From: Candidatus Marinacidobacterales bacterium
GTDB taxonomy: Bacteria > Acidobacteriota > Vicinamibacteria > Marinacidobacterales > DATDRI01
Direction of reading: 5' to 3'
NCBI GenBank assembly: GCA_965219415.1
Contig: OZ244742.1
Coordinates: 576,001-640,000, forward strand
DNA: 64,000 nt
Shown here: positions 42,575 to 53,419 of the stretch, in pieces
How the letters are laid out: each line of letters opens with the position of its first letter
Position numbering within the stretch: position 1 is the stretch's first letter
Notes under the pieces: model-generated
What the model saw: only the letters and a program-made list of their open reading frames with translations
Database searches by the model: none
What the model was told of the DNA's origin: nothing
Translations under genes and position numbers: made by a program

Positions 42575-43447
42575 CTATTTCTTACGTTTCGCCTTGGCCG
42601 CTGCCGCGCTGAGCGCTCGCTCGGACATCACCGTCGCAAGGTGAGCACGATACTCCCCCGAGGCGTACGAGTCGCTGAGCGGTTCGCCGATGGCATCCGA
42701 CACCGTTGCCGCGGCCTGCGCGATGGCCTGTGCGCTCGGTGCCTGCCCGACTAAGCGCTTCTCGGCAGCCGAGATCACTACCGGATTGGGCGTCGCACCT
42801 CCGATGACCAGCCTTACCTTGGAACACACGCCCTTCTTGACAGTCACGACAGCGGCGACGCCGATCACCGCAAAGCTCGACGCGGGATTACGGTGCTTCA
42901 GATAAACGCCTGCCGTCCCGGATTTCATCGCTGGCACTTGAATCCCGGTCAAGACCTCGGCGGGCTTGAGGGCGGTCGTGAAAAAGTCTTTGAAGAACTT
43001 TTCCGCCGAAATCTGGCGCTTTCCTCTGGAACCGGTGGCGATGAGCTTCCCTCCGAGGGCCACGATAACGGTCGGGAGGTCCGAGGCCGGATCGGCGTGC
43101 GCGAGGCTACCGCCAATCGTTCCTCGATTGCGAACTTGCGAATCTCCGATCTGCGCAGCTGCCTCGGCGAGAACTGGACAAGCTTTGCGCAGCTGTTTCG
43201 ATGACGCGATGGTCGCGTGAGTCGTCATCGCACCCAGCTGGACGGACCTCGCCGACGCCTTGACCCCCGACAGGCCCTTGATCCGGCCGATGTCGATAAG
43301 GGCGGACGGTGCGCTCAACCGAAGCTTCATCGCCGGCAGGAGGCTGTGTCCACCCGCCAGGATCTTCGCGTCCTTGTATTTGCGGAGAAGCTGCACGGCC
43401 TGTTTCAAGTTCTTTGGACGGTAGTAGTCGAAACTTGCGGCGTACAT
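42575..43447 (-). CDS. coxM: CoxM-like FAD-binding subunit
   Basis: AGGHSLLPAMKLR and VRNRGTIGGSLAHADP motifs. Confidence 0.92.
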   Translation of the reverse strand: MYAASFDYYRPKNLKQAVQLLRKYKDAKILAGGHSLLPAMKLRLSAPSALIDIGRIKGLSGVKASARSVQLGAMTTHATIASSKQLRKACPVLAEAAAQIGDSQVRNRGTIGGSLAHADPASDLPTVIVALGGKLIATGSRGKRQISAEKFFKDFFTTALKPAEVLTGIQVPAMKSGTAGVYLKHRNPASSFAVIGVAAVVTVKKGVCSKVRLVIGGATPNPVVISAAEKRLVGQAPSAQAIAQAAATVSDAIGEPLSDSYASGEYRAHLATVMSERALSAAAAKAKRKK

Positions 43448-43474
43448 CTCTATATCTCCCTTCCTAAGCCTAGC

Positions 43475-45844
43475 CTAAGCCGTTTCCTGTAACTTGCGGG
43501 CCGACTCCATGGCTCGCCAGACTCGCTCCGGGGTGAGCGGCATATCGATGTGCTTGATACCGAGTGGCGCCAAGGCGTCCAGCACCGCATTGGCGATGGT
43601 GACGGTCGCGGCAATCGTACCCATCTCGCCGACTCCCTTGACGCCGAGAGGATTGTGCGGGGACGGCGTCTCGATGCGGTCGATTTCGAACTTAGGAAAC
43701 AACGCGGCGCGCGGCACCGCGTACTCCGTCAGCGAACCGGTGAGCAGCTGCCCGTCTTCGTCGTAGATGCCGTGCTCCCACAGAGCCTGCCCAACGCCCT
43801 GCACGATACCGCCTTGGATTTGCCCTTCGACGATGGTCGGATTGATGACGTTGCCCACGTCGTCGACGGCGTAGTACTCCTGTACCGTCACCTCGCCAGT
43901 GTCGGGATCGACCTCGATTTGAGCAACATGTGCGCTGTTGGGAAACGTAAAGTTGGCGGGATCGTAAAAGGAGGTTTCCTCCAAACCGGGCTCCATTCCC
44001 TCGGGAAGGCTGTGGCCGGTGTAAGCGGCGAACGCCACCTCCCCGAACTGTTTCGATTTGTCGGGCGAGCCCTTGACATAGATTTTACCCGAATCCTGAT
44101 CGTAGACGATGTCCTCTTCCGCCGCCTCGAGCAGGTGAGCCGTAAGCTTGATGACTTTGGCCCGGATCTTCTCCGCGCTACGAACGAGAGCACTGCCGCC
44201 TACCGCGGCGCTCCGACTCCCGTAAGTGCCCATACCGAACGAGATGCGTCCGGTATCCCCGTGAACGACTTCGACGTCTTCCATGCCAACTCCGAGCTGG
44301 TCGGCGACGACCTGCGCGAACGTCGTCTCATGTCCCTGGCCGTGGGCATGTGAGCCGGTGAAGACAGTAACCTTGCCGGTAGGGTGTACGCGGATCGCTC
44401 CCGATTCCCAAAGACCCACGGCAAGTCCGAGCGAGCCAGCGACTGCCGAAGGGGCAGGACCGCTCGCTTCGATGCAGCTGCTCAGACCGACGCCAACGAG
44501 CCGACCTTCCCGGCGTGCCTTTTCTTGTGACTTCCGCAGTCCGTGATAGTTCGAAAGCTTGACTGCGGTATCGAGGAGCTTCTCGTAGTTACCGCTGTCA
44601 TAGAGGAAGGCGACGGGGGTTTGGTAGGGTTGTTCCGCGGACGGGATCAAATTCTTGCGACGGATCTCCAGAGGATCCATCCCCAAGTCGCGCGCCGCCA
44701 CGTCGACCAACCGCTCGAGCAGATAAGACATCTCGGGCCTGCCCGCTCCCCGATAGGCGTCGGTGGGAACGGTGTTGGTATACGTCCCCCATACTGTACC
44801 GTAGAGGCCCTTGACCTTATAGATGCCAGACAATAGCGGCAAGTAAAGAGCGGTCGGAATGAGCGACCCGAGCGTCGACATGTAGGCGCCCATGGCGGCC
44901 CAAGTCGAAACCCGGATACCGGTGACGGTACCGTCGTTCTTGAGGGCCATCTTGGCGGACGTCACGTGATCGCGGCCTTGCGCATCGGTTACGTAGGACT
45001 CGCTACGCGTACAAACCCACTTCGCCGGGCGATTCAGTTTCCTCGCCACCCAGGTAGTTATGATGTCCTCCGGGTAGTGCGGGATCTTGCTCCCGAACCC
45101 GCCCCCCACGTCCGGTGAAATCACCCGGAGCTTCTGCTCGGGAATATCCATCGTAAAGGCACTCATCAACAGACGGACCAGGTGAGGATTCTGGCTGGAG
45201 AGCCAGAGGGTCATCTCCTCGGTCGCGGGATTCCACTGAGCTACGATGGCGCGAGGCTCCATCGCGTTGGGGATCAGCCTTTGATTGACGAGATCCAAGT
45301 CGACAACGTGTTCGGCTCCGGCAAAGGCAGCCTCGCAGGCCTCCTTGTCCCCGAGGGACCACTCGAAAGCGGTATTACCGGGTACGTCTTTGTGAAGCCG
45401 CGGCGCGTTCTTCTCGGTCGCCCCACGAGGATCGACCACCGCCGGCAGCGGTTCGTAGTCCACTTTGATTAGCTCAAGTGCGTCGTTGGCGATGTTAGGA
45501 TCTTCCGCAGCCACCACCGCGACGCCATCTCCGACGTGACGGACCTTATCGACCGCCAGCGCGTGGTGGGTCGGCACTTTGATATCGGGCACGTTGAAGC
45601 CGCAGGGTAACGGGTTACAACCACCGTCGATGAGATCCTGGCCGGTGAACACTCCCACCACCCCTTCGAGCGCTTTGGCTTTCTTGACATTGATCTTGTT
45701 GATCTTCGCGTGCCCATAGGGACTGCGCTTGACGGCCAGGTGAACCATGTTCGGCAATGAGATATTCGCGACGTAACTCCCTTTGCCTTGGATGAACCGA
45801 GGGTCCTCGACTCGCTTGATGCGCTTGCCGACGTGCTTGGCCAT
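43475..45844 (-). CDS. form II CoxL-like molybdenum hydroxylase large subunit
   Basis: VGGGFGSK, AYRGAGR (44738-44758), GTYGSRS and KGVGE motifs, in S-L-M gene order. Confidence 0.92.
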   Translation of the reverse strand: MAKHVGKRIKRVEDPRFIQGKGSYVANISLPNMVHLAVKRSPYGHAKINKINVKKAKALEGVVGVFTGQDLIDGGCNPLPCGFNVPDIKVPTHHALAVDKVRHVGDGVAVVAAEDPNIANDALELIKVDYEPLPAVVDPRGATEKNAPRLHKDVPGNTAFEWSLGDKEACEAAFAGAEHVVDLDLVNQRLIPNAMEPRAIVAQWNPATEEMTLWLSSQNPHLVRLLMSAFTMDIPEQKLRVISPDVGGGFGSKIPHYPEDIITTWVARKLNRPAKWVCTRSESYVTDAQGRDHVTSAKMALKNDGTVTGIRVSTWAAMGAYMSTLGSLIPTALYLPLLSGIYKVKGLYGTVWGTYTNTVPTDAYRGAGRPEMSYLLERLVDVAARDLGMDPLEIRRKNLIPSAEQPYQTPVAFLYDSGNYEKLLDTAVKLSNYHGLRKSQEKARREGRLVGVGLSSCIEASGPAPSAVAGSLGLAVGLWESGAIRVHPTGKVTVFTGSHAHGQGHETTFAQVVADQLGVGMEDVEVVHGDTGRISFGMGTYGSRSAAVGGSALVRSAEKIRAKVIKLTAHLLEAAEEDIVYDQDSGKIYVKGSPDKSKQFGEVAFAAYTGHSLPEGMEPGLEETSFYDPANFTFPNSAHVAQIEVDPDTGEVTVQEYYAVDDVGNVINPTIVEGQIQGGIVQGVGQALWEHGIYDEDGQLLTGSLTEYAVPRAALFPKFEIDRIETPSPHNPLGVKGVGEMGTIAATVTIANAVLDALAPLGIKHIDMPLTPERVWRAMESARKLQETA

Positions 45845-46320
45845 CACGCGCCTCCCTTTCCACCGACCGCCGCCGAGGCAATCGACTGGACGATCTTCTG
45901 ATAGCCGGTACAGCGACACACGTTGCCTTCCAGGCCGACCCGGATGTCTTTTTCGCTTGCCTTCGGGTTGCGCCTGAGGATCTCGAGCGCAGTCATGATC
46001 ATTCCGGGAGTGCAGAAGCCACATTGCAGGCCGTGGTGCTCCCAAAACGCCTCTTGTAAAGGATGAAGCTTGCCGTTGGTCGCGAGCCCCTCGATGGTGG
46101 TGACGTCGCTACCGTCCGCTTGTAGTGCAAGCACCGTGCAAGACTTTACCGCCATACCGTCCATCAGCACCGTACAGGAGCCGCACTGGCTGGTGTCGCA
46201 ACCGACGTTGGTGCCGGTCAGCCCGAGCACCTCCCGTAGGTAGTGGACGAGAAGCATGCGTGGCTCGACCTCGTGAGCGCGCTCCGCGCCATTTACTTTG
46301 ATGGATAGCGCTTCCTTCAT
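45844..46320 (-). CDS. coxS: CoxS-like 2x[2Fe-2S] subunit
   Basis: [20 protein letters not shown] and CRCTGY motifs. Confidence 0.94.
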   Translation of the reverse strand: MKEALSIKVNGAERAHEVEPRMLLVHYLREVLGLTGTNVGCDTSQCGSCTVLMDGMAVKSCTVLALQADGSDVTTIEGLATNGKLHPLQEAFWEHHGLQCGFCTPGMIMTALEILRRNPKASEKDIRVGLEGNVCRCTGYQKIVQSIASAAVGGKGGA

Positions 46321-46663
46321 TATGAGTGCCTCCGCTGTGAATGAGTTCGAGCCACCGCGAGAAGGGTCTCGCCCGCCCGGGGTTACCGAAGGCGCCTTAC
46401 TGACTCCCGTCTAACGACGTGGGGGAGCTTGGGGAACCCCTCAGAGCGACGAAGCTCTTGCGGCTGGCACGTTTGGCGCCGTTGAGACTACTACAAATGA
46501 GGCGTGTGTCAACCGTTTCCGCCCGCGTGCAACGACTTTTCCGTCCCATCCATAAATTAATGTCCGGCGTTCGGCGCGGAGGGCTCGTATCGGGCGCTGG
46601 TTGTTCCCGGCGCACCAATCTGCCCGCCTTGACTTCCATTCGCCCCTTGCTAGACTCAAATTC

Positions 46664-47393
46664 ATGCATCCCACGGGTTCCTGCTTGCTCACACTCCCGC
46701 TTCTCTCTCTTTTGACGGCGTCTGGCACAGCCGTTCAATCGAGCACGGCCGCGGTAGCAGCCTGCGCCGCCAATGACTTCGTCGCCTGTGTAGAACTATC
46801 GCACATGTATCGCTTGGGGAAAGTAAGCGGTTGGATCGACCTCGGGAGCGCTGCCGATGCATGGCAGAAGGGTGCCAAATCGGGCGGCATTCCGATCGAG
46901 ACTCGACGAATGCAGTGTGACGAGGCGGATGCCGTGGCGTGCTACGTCCTGGCCCACGCGTATCTCTCCGGTTGGGGCATCGGTAAGGACGACAAGATGG
47001 CGTTCAGGTATGCCGAACGTTCTTGCGAGCTAGGATCTGCGCTGGGATGTTTTCAGACAGGCGTGCAGTACAACCACGGCCTCGGCGTGCCCCCGTGATT
47101 CGAAAAAGGCGGCGGAACCCCTCAGTCAAGCGTGCGACGCCGGAGATGGCCAGTCCTGTGGAATGCTGGCCTCGAAGTACGAGAAAGGTCGGGACTTCCC
47201 TCTCGATTTCGACCGCGCGGCGGCCCTTCACCAGAAGGGGTGCGCCGCTCGCGATGCCAATTCGTGCTACCAAGCTGGCTTGCGTTTCGCAATGGGGAAG
47301 GGCAAGGACCTACCGAAGGCGATCGAGTTTTTCCAGAAAGCCTGCGACGTGAAATGGGAGTCAGGTTGCGCTGCACTCAAGGGAAAGTGGTGA
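46664..47393 (+). CDS. exported Sel1-like repeat protein, frameshift near 47095
   Basis: Signal peptide and repeated ACx..LxxxYxxGxG...KAC units. Confidence 0.8.
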
Positions 47394-47750
47394 TCGACGC
47401 CAATCAGCTACGGCTGGCCATCGAGAAAAACCCACGAACTACGGAGAATCGAGCTCCACAACCTCCCGCATGCGCGGTGCCGCGGCTTTCGGACCTAAGC
47501 AATCGTCCCCGGCGAGAAACTGCGTGTCGCGATGCCACACACCGTCTCACTCGTCTTCGGGTTGCTCGAAAAAGAACTGAGTGCCGCGAAACAGAGGTTC
47601 CTGACCGGACACGGCTCGCAGAATTGAGAGGGGCCGCTCGTCTGCGATGAGCTCGAGGAGATCGATCAGGTCGTTCTCGCTACCTCGGAAGTAGGGGGCT
47701 CGGTGAGGGAAGGCCATGTTAGTGGGTCGTGACTTTATCGAAAAAAGGAC

Positions 47751-47796
47751 TTGCCAACGGCGCGGCGATTTGTTAGTTATTTAGCTAAATGACTAA
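47751..47796 (+). promoter_or_regulatory. sigma70-like promoter overlapped by a 24-bp imperfect palindrome (candidate ArsR operator)
   Basis: TTGCCA-N17-TAGTTA with palindrome TTAGTTATTTAGCTAAATGACTAA (47773-47796) and AAGGAG RBS. Confidence 0.6.
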
Positions 47797-47810
47797 TTAA
47801 GGAGACTGTC

Positions 47811-48140
47811 ATGTCCAAACCAATAACCGTCATCGCCACGTATCGAGTGAAGAAGGGGGAGGAGGACGCCTTCCGGGGGCACCTCGCAAAGCACTGGCCC
47901 ACCCTCCGAGAGCACGATCTCGCAACCGACGCCCCGCCTCTCATCCTTAGTGGGGAGGACGAAGGCCAGGAGCCTTTTTACGTGGAGGTATTCGCCTGGC
48001 GGGATCAGGCAGCGGTCGACACCGCCCACCAGCTTCCCGAGGTCATGGCGATATGGGAGCCCATGGGTAAACATTGCGCCGACAGAGGTGGGCGGCCGTC
48101 CGTGGAGTTTCCGCATGTCGAACGGGTCGAGCTCCGCTAG
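47811..48140 (+). CDS. hypothetical protein, dimeric alpha-beta barrel (ABM-like)
   Basis: Strong RBS and VIATYRVKKGEEDAF...VEVFAW pattern. Confidence 0.65.
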   Translation: MSKPITVIATYRVKKGEEDAFRGHLAKHWPTLREHDLATDAPPLILSGEDEGQEPFYVEVFAWRDQAAVDTAHQLPEVMAIWEPMGKHCADRGGRPSVEFPHVERVELR

Positions 48141-48477
48141 AACCGCAAACGAACGGCTCGCCGATACCGATGCGGTCTTCCGAGCCCTGGCACACCAGTC
48201 TCGACGGCACATCTTGCTGGTACTGAGGTTTCGTGGCGGCGAGATGACGGCCGGAGAGATCGCCCAGCGCTTCTCTTGTCGCTGGCCGACGACCACGCGG
48301 CACCTGCGTGAGCTCGAGGGCGCGGGGCTGGTCGATGTCGAACGCCGTGGGCGAGAACGCATCTACCATCTGAACGAGCGGAGATTACAATCGGTGACCG
48401 GGGAATGGCTCGATTGGTTTGGCGCCGGTGCACCTCCGAAGAAGCGCCGAACCCAAGCGGCGCGAAAGAAGAAGTAG
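48115..48477 (+). CDS. ArsR/SmtB-family transcriptional regulator
   Basis: FRALAHQSRRHIL...TTRHLRELEGAGLV...RGRERIY winged helix-turn-helix. Confidence 0.88.
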   Translation: MSNGSSSARTANERLADTDAVFRALAHQSRRHILLVLRFRGGEMTAGEIAQRFSCRWPTTTRHLRELEGAGLVDVERRGRERIYHLNERRLQSVTGEWLDWFGAGAPPKKRRTQAARKKK

Positions 48478-48552
48478 CAATGGCTACCGATGCTTCCGCC
48501 ACCAAGTGTTCCTATACTGTACTGATTCACAAGTGATACAGAACTGAAAGAG

Positions 48553-48930
48553 GTGATTGGCATGAACAGAATACGGTACATCGTCAATGACGTCGACAAG
48601 GCAGTTGAGTTTTATACATCAAATTTGGATTTTCGGTTAGAAAAACAATTTGGACCAGCAATAGCTATCTTAGAACGAGATGGCCTACAGCTACTGGTCT
48701 CCGGTCCCAAGGCTTCAGCCTCAAGGCCAATGCCTGACGGATCTAAACCCCCACCAGGAGGATGGTCTCGATTCCTAATTAACGTTGATGATATTGAATC
48801 TGTTGTTTCCCGACTTAAACAAAACGGTGTGCAGTTTAAGAACGATATTATAGAAGGTCCGGGAGGCAAACAGATTCTTTGCCTCGATCCGTCAGAAAAT
48901 GTAGTGGAGCTCTTCCAGCCGGCTCAATAG
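48553..48930 (+). CDS. VOC/glyoxalase-family protein (low GC)
   Basis: RYIVNDVDKAVEFY, GPGGKQIL and DPSENVVELF motifs. Visibly AT-rich codon usage. Confidence 0.88.
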   Translation: MIGMNRIRYIVNDVDKAVEFYTSNLDFRLEKQFGPAIAILERDGLQLLVSGPKASASRPMPDGSKPPPGGWSRFLINVDDIESVVSRLKQNGVQFKNDIIEGPGGKQILCLDPSENVVELFQPAQ

Positions 48931-49224
48931 GTATTCTTGCCACATATTCCCGAAGGTCAGCTGGGGACGATAGGAAACATTGGCGGGGTCGCTCCACCTC
49001 GGTCGCGTAAAGTGGCGACTAAGACGAGAAGGCACGCGGACGGAGTAACCCTCCGCTGCTGGGAGTATGTCCGCTACGATCGCGACGCGCAGATTCGACA
49101 TGCGCGCTTGATGACGCGGGGTTCACCTTCATCGCGGGACGCAACTAGGAGCTTACGACTGGTTTGACACCGAGGCACCACCGAAGAAGCGCCGGACACA
49201 GCCAGCCCGAAAGAAGAAATAGCG

Positions 49225-49575
49225 TTGACCACAGAAAAGCAAGTTGTTACAAAGTTACGAAAGTTCTGCCTCCCTCTTCCCGAGGTGCGAGAGACCAAGA
49301 CCTTCGGTCACCCCACGTTTCAAGCGGGCAAGAAGACCTTCGCCGTCGTCGAGGAGTATCACGGCGATCTAACGATCTGTTTCAAAGCCACCCGTGCCGA
49401 ACAACACCGGCTATGTACGCACGCGCGCTTTTTCGTGGCTCCGTACGTCGGCAAACATGGATGGACTTTCTTGAAGGTGGGCGGCAAAGCCGATTGGACC
49501 GAAGTCGAGCGGCTGGTCGTGGCAAGCTACCGCCACGTGGCGCTTAAGCGGATGCTCGCGGCGCTCGATGGATGA
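49225..49575 (+). CDS. MmcQ/YjbR-family protein
   Basis: FGHPTFQAGKKTFA, APYVGKHGW and SYRHVA motifs. Confidence 0.85.
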   Translation: MTTEKQVVTKLRKFCLPLPEVRETKTFGHPTFQAGKKTFAVVEEYHGDLTICFKATRAEQHRLCTHARFFVAPYVGKHGWTFLKVGGKADWTEVERLVVASYRHVALKRMLAALDG

Positions 49576-49789
49576 GGATTTCGCAGATTCTCCGAATGAC
49601 GGACCGCAGTCTTGCTGGATCGTAAGTCTTTATTTATCAATAGGTTATTGTTGGCTTAAAAGCCAGCTCCCTGTCTCCGGCCATCCCATGTTCTAGTTAA
49701 ACCCATTTTGTTTCAAATATTTACATCGCACGAAGAGTCTTGACTTACACCTAGTCTGCCCTATCTTGGGAAGGACCGTTTGGGGTGAT

Positions 49790-49929
49790 CGAGAAGCCTT
49801 TGCCCCTGCCCAGTTTTCGACGACGAGTCGCAAACCCAACTGCACGTAGAAGGCACACGAGCCCTTTACATCTTGGACTCGGAGTGTGACGTGGCCGATC
49901 GCCGCCTTGGGTCTGTCTCCTTCACCCAT
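49790..49929 (-). pseudogene. VOC-family protein N-terminal fragment
   Basis: AIGHVTLRVQDVKGSCAFYVQLGLR, after which homology is lost. Confidence 0.55.
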
Positions 49930-50102
49930 TGCCGTCCTAGAGTCCAAAATACTTCCCCCACCCGAATGTCGCTCGCAGCACCTCGCCCTCGATCTGGTTG
50001 TCGGCAACCCACGTCGACAATTCGGGCCGCATATCGGTCATCTCTTTACCCCACTATCCGGCACTTCGACCAGGCGGTTGCCTCAGTCGGCGGCCCGACA
50101 CA

Positions 50103-50477
50103 TCACTGTTCGGAGCAGTGCTCCGCGTAGTGCTCCGACCCCAGAAAGTGCAAAGAAACGTACGGCTCATCACCCAGCACCCAGCTATCGTGTCCGGGTG
50201 GGACGTAGAAGACGTCTCCGGGCTTCACTTCCATTTCGGTTCCGTCGTCCATTGCGATCATGGCACGACCCGATACCACCATGCAGACATGCTCGATCTT
50301 GCAGCTCTTTTCGCCGACCGACGGGCCCACGTGCTCGGACCACTTCCAGCCCGGCGCATAGCTGGCACGCCCCACCGTCGTACCGCCCGTCGAGAGGAGC
50401 TCGAACTTCCCCTTCGAAAAAATGCGGCTACCGTCCGGGGAATCGAAACGTTTGACTGTCATCTTCACGAGAGACAC
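50103..50477 (-). CDS. cupin-domain protein
   Basis: PGWKWSEHV and PGDVFYVPPGHDSWV motifs. Confidence 0.85.
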   Translation of the reverse strand: MSLVKMTVKRFDSPDGSRIFSKGKFELLSTGGTTVGRASYAPGWKWSEHVGPSVGEKSCKIEHVCMVVSGRAMIAMDDGTEMEVKPGDVFYVPPGHDSWVLGDEPYVSLHFLGSEHYAEHCSEQ

Positions 50478-50564
50478 CCCCTACCCGAGATTTATCGCAC
50501 CGAGGCACGGTACGCAAGCCGGTCTGCCATCGCCTAGAATGGACAGTCTCAGAAGGAGGACTTA

Positions 50565-51980
50565 TTGACGCCACGAGCTAACCGGACAGGTTGTGCAGCA
50601 GCCACGTTCGTTTTGATGATTTCCTCATCGTCCATCGCACCCGCTGGGAGCACGCAGGCAAAAGAGCTCCACCGCCTGGCTCGAGAAGTCTTGTCGGAGT
50701 TGGTGGCCATACGCACCGTGGCTGGAACAGGCAACAGCCTGAGAGCAGCCGAAACCCTGGCGAGTCGATTGCGGGACGCCGGCTTCCCGACCGACGACGT
50801 CCGGACCGTCGGGCCAGCAGGTAGCCCAGGGAATCTAGTCGTGCGCTGGCGAGGAAACCAATCCGCTCGTCGTCCGCTACTTCTTCTTGCCCATCTCGAC
50901 GTCGTCGACGCGCTGCGCGAGGACTGGTCGATGGATCCGTTTGCGCTGACCGAGCGGGACGGATTTCTCTATGGTCGAGGTACCACCGACAACAAGGCCG
51001 GCGTCGCCACACTGGTGGCGAGCTTCATTCACCTCAGGCAAGAAGGATTCGTTCCGAATCGCGAGGTGATCATGGTGATTACGGGGGACGAGGAAACGAC
51101 GCAGAACGGAATCCGTTGGCTCATGGAACCGCCCCAGGGCCTAGCGAACGCCGAGCTCGCGTTGAATACCGATGCAGGCTTCGGCGATCTCGAGAACGGA
51201 AGGCGGGTAAGGCTCTCTCTTCAAGCAAGCGAGAAAGTGTATTTGAGCTTTCAGCTCGAGGTCAGCAACAAGGGAGGCCATAGCTCGCGCCCCACCGAAG
51301 ACAACGCCATCTATCGACTTGCGAAAGGTTTGACCCGCCTCGCCGAGCATAGATTCCCGGTAGTGCTCAATGAAGTGACGAGGGCGTTCTTCCAGAAGTC
51401 TGCCGAGCGGGCGTCGGACCCGGAGATGAACGATATGAGAGCCATCCTGCACCTGCCTCTCGATCCAGCGGCCGTTGCCCGGTTATCCACGTCCCCCTAC
51501 TACAACGCCATGCTGCGGACGACGTGCGTGGCCACGATGGTATCGGCGGGACACGCCGAGAACGCGTTGCCCCAAACTGCGCGAGCGGTTGTGAACTGCC
51601 GCATACTCCCCGGCGAGTCGGTCGACAAAGTCGAACAGGTACTGAGAGGCGTGGTGGCCGATGAGGAGATCGTGATTACGCGCATCGGTAAGGCGACGCC
51701 TAGCCCACCGTCACCTCTCTCGAAAAGGACCGTTGAGACCATCGAGCGCCTCGCCGCCAAGCACTTCCCGGGGGTTCCCGTGGTTCCGGTCATGTCGACT
51801 GGGGCCACCGATGGGATGTATGTTCGAAAAGCAGGCGTATTCACTTATGGAACCGGGGCCATCTTCGAAGACCCCAACGATGAGCGGGCCCATGGCCAGG
51901 ACGAGAGGGTCGCCGTGGATGCCTTCCATACCGCCATAGACTATTGGTACGACTTGATTAAGGCGTTCTCGTCGGAGTGA
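50565..51980 (+). CDS. exported M20-family metallopeptidase
   Basis: AHLDVV, GRGTTDNK, DEE, GGHSS, GATDG and AHGQDER motifs. Confidence 0.9.
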   Translation: MTPRANRTGCAAATFVLMISSSSIAPAGSTQAKELHRLAREVLSELVAIRTVAGTGNSLRAAETLASRLRDAGFPTDDVRTVGPAGSPGNLVVRWRGNQSARRPLLLLAHLDVVDALREDWSMDPFALTERDGFLYGRGTTDNKAGVATLVASFIHLRQEGFVPNREVIMVITGDEETTQNGIRWLMEPPQGLANAELALNTDAGFGDLENGRRVRLSLQASEKVYLSFQLEVSNKGGHSSRPTEDNAIYRLAKGLTRLAEHRFPVVLNEVTRAFFQKSAERASDPEMNDMRAILHLPLDPAAVARLSTSPYYNAMLRTTCVATMVSAGHAENALPQTARAVVNCRILPGESVDKVEQVLRGVVADEEIVITRIGKATPSPPSPLSKRTVETIERLAAKHFPGVPVVPVMSTGATDGMYVRKAGVFTYGTGAIFEDPNDERAHGQDERVAVDAFHTAIDYWYDLIKAFSSE

Positions 51981-52054
51981 CAGGAATTGCTCAAATTTGA
52001 CCTTTGAACCGCCCCGGGTTTCCCGGAGACTCCACCTCTTGAGAGGATGGAGTC

Positions 52055-52375
52055 ATGACAAGACGAAGGAGGTATTCACCGGAGGTAAAAGAGCGCGCAG
52101 TGGGGATGGTTATCGACCAGCAGGCTGAGCAGGAATCTCAGTGGTCAGCGATCTCATCGATTGCGTCGAAGATTGACTGTACGCGGGAAACGCTACGCAC
52201 GTGGGTGCGTCGAGCAGAGCGTGATGCTGGGAAACGAGCGGGACTGACGACGGACGAGGGTCAGCGGCTGAAGGAGCTTGAGCGAGAGAACCGTGAGCTA
52301 AAGGGGGCGAACGAGATCCTTCTCAAGGCGTCGGCGTTTTTCGCCCAGGCGGAGCTCGACCGCCGACCGAGGTGA
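52055..52375 (+). CDS. IS3 transposase OrfA
   Basis: RYSPEVKERAV...LRTWV HTH, leucine zipper and ASAFFAQAELDR. Confidence 0.9.
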   Translation: MTRRRRYSPEVKERAVGMVIDQQAEQESQWSAISSIASKIDCTRETLRTWVRRAERDAGKRAGLTTDEGQRLKELERENRELKGANEILLKASAFFAQAELDRRPR

Positions 52376-53291
<916 letters not shown>

Positions 53292-53419
53292 AACAGTCTC
53301 CGGAAAACCCGAGGCGGTTCACCTTTTCAATCAAGTTGAATTTGGTTAATATCTTGGATTCAGGGGAGGTTCGGCCGAGGTTGGCCACGCAAAGAATAGA
53401 ACAAAAAGGAGATCGTGAG

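Noticed and set aside
37127-42612. Long alternative-frame or antisense ORFs (37127-38356, 41626-42612 and similar)
   Set aside because: These are shadow ORFs of GC-rich genes with no recognisable motifs.
43475-45844. Calling this CoxL a true CO dehydrogenase
   Set aside because: The AYRGAGR motif lacks the Cu-binding Cys and the gene order is S-L-M (form II).
45845-46045. N-terminal extension of the 856-aa CoxL ORF
   Set aside because: It overlaps coxS in another frame. The real start is the ATG at 45844, coupled to the coxS stop.
46465-46479. Sigma54 promoter TGGCACGTTTGGCGC toward the Sel1 gene
   Set aside because: The spacing fits but the -12 box lacks TT and it is far from the start, so it is too weak to call.
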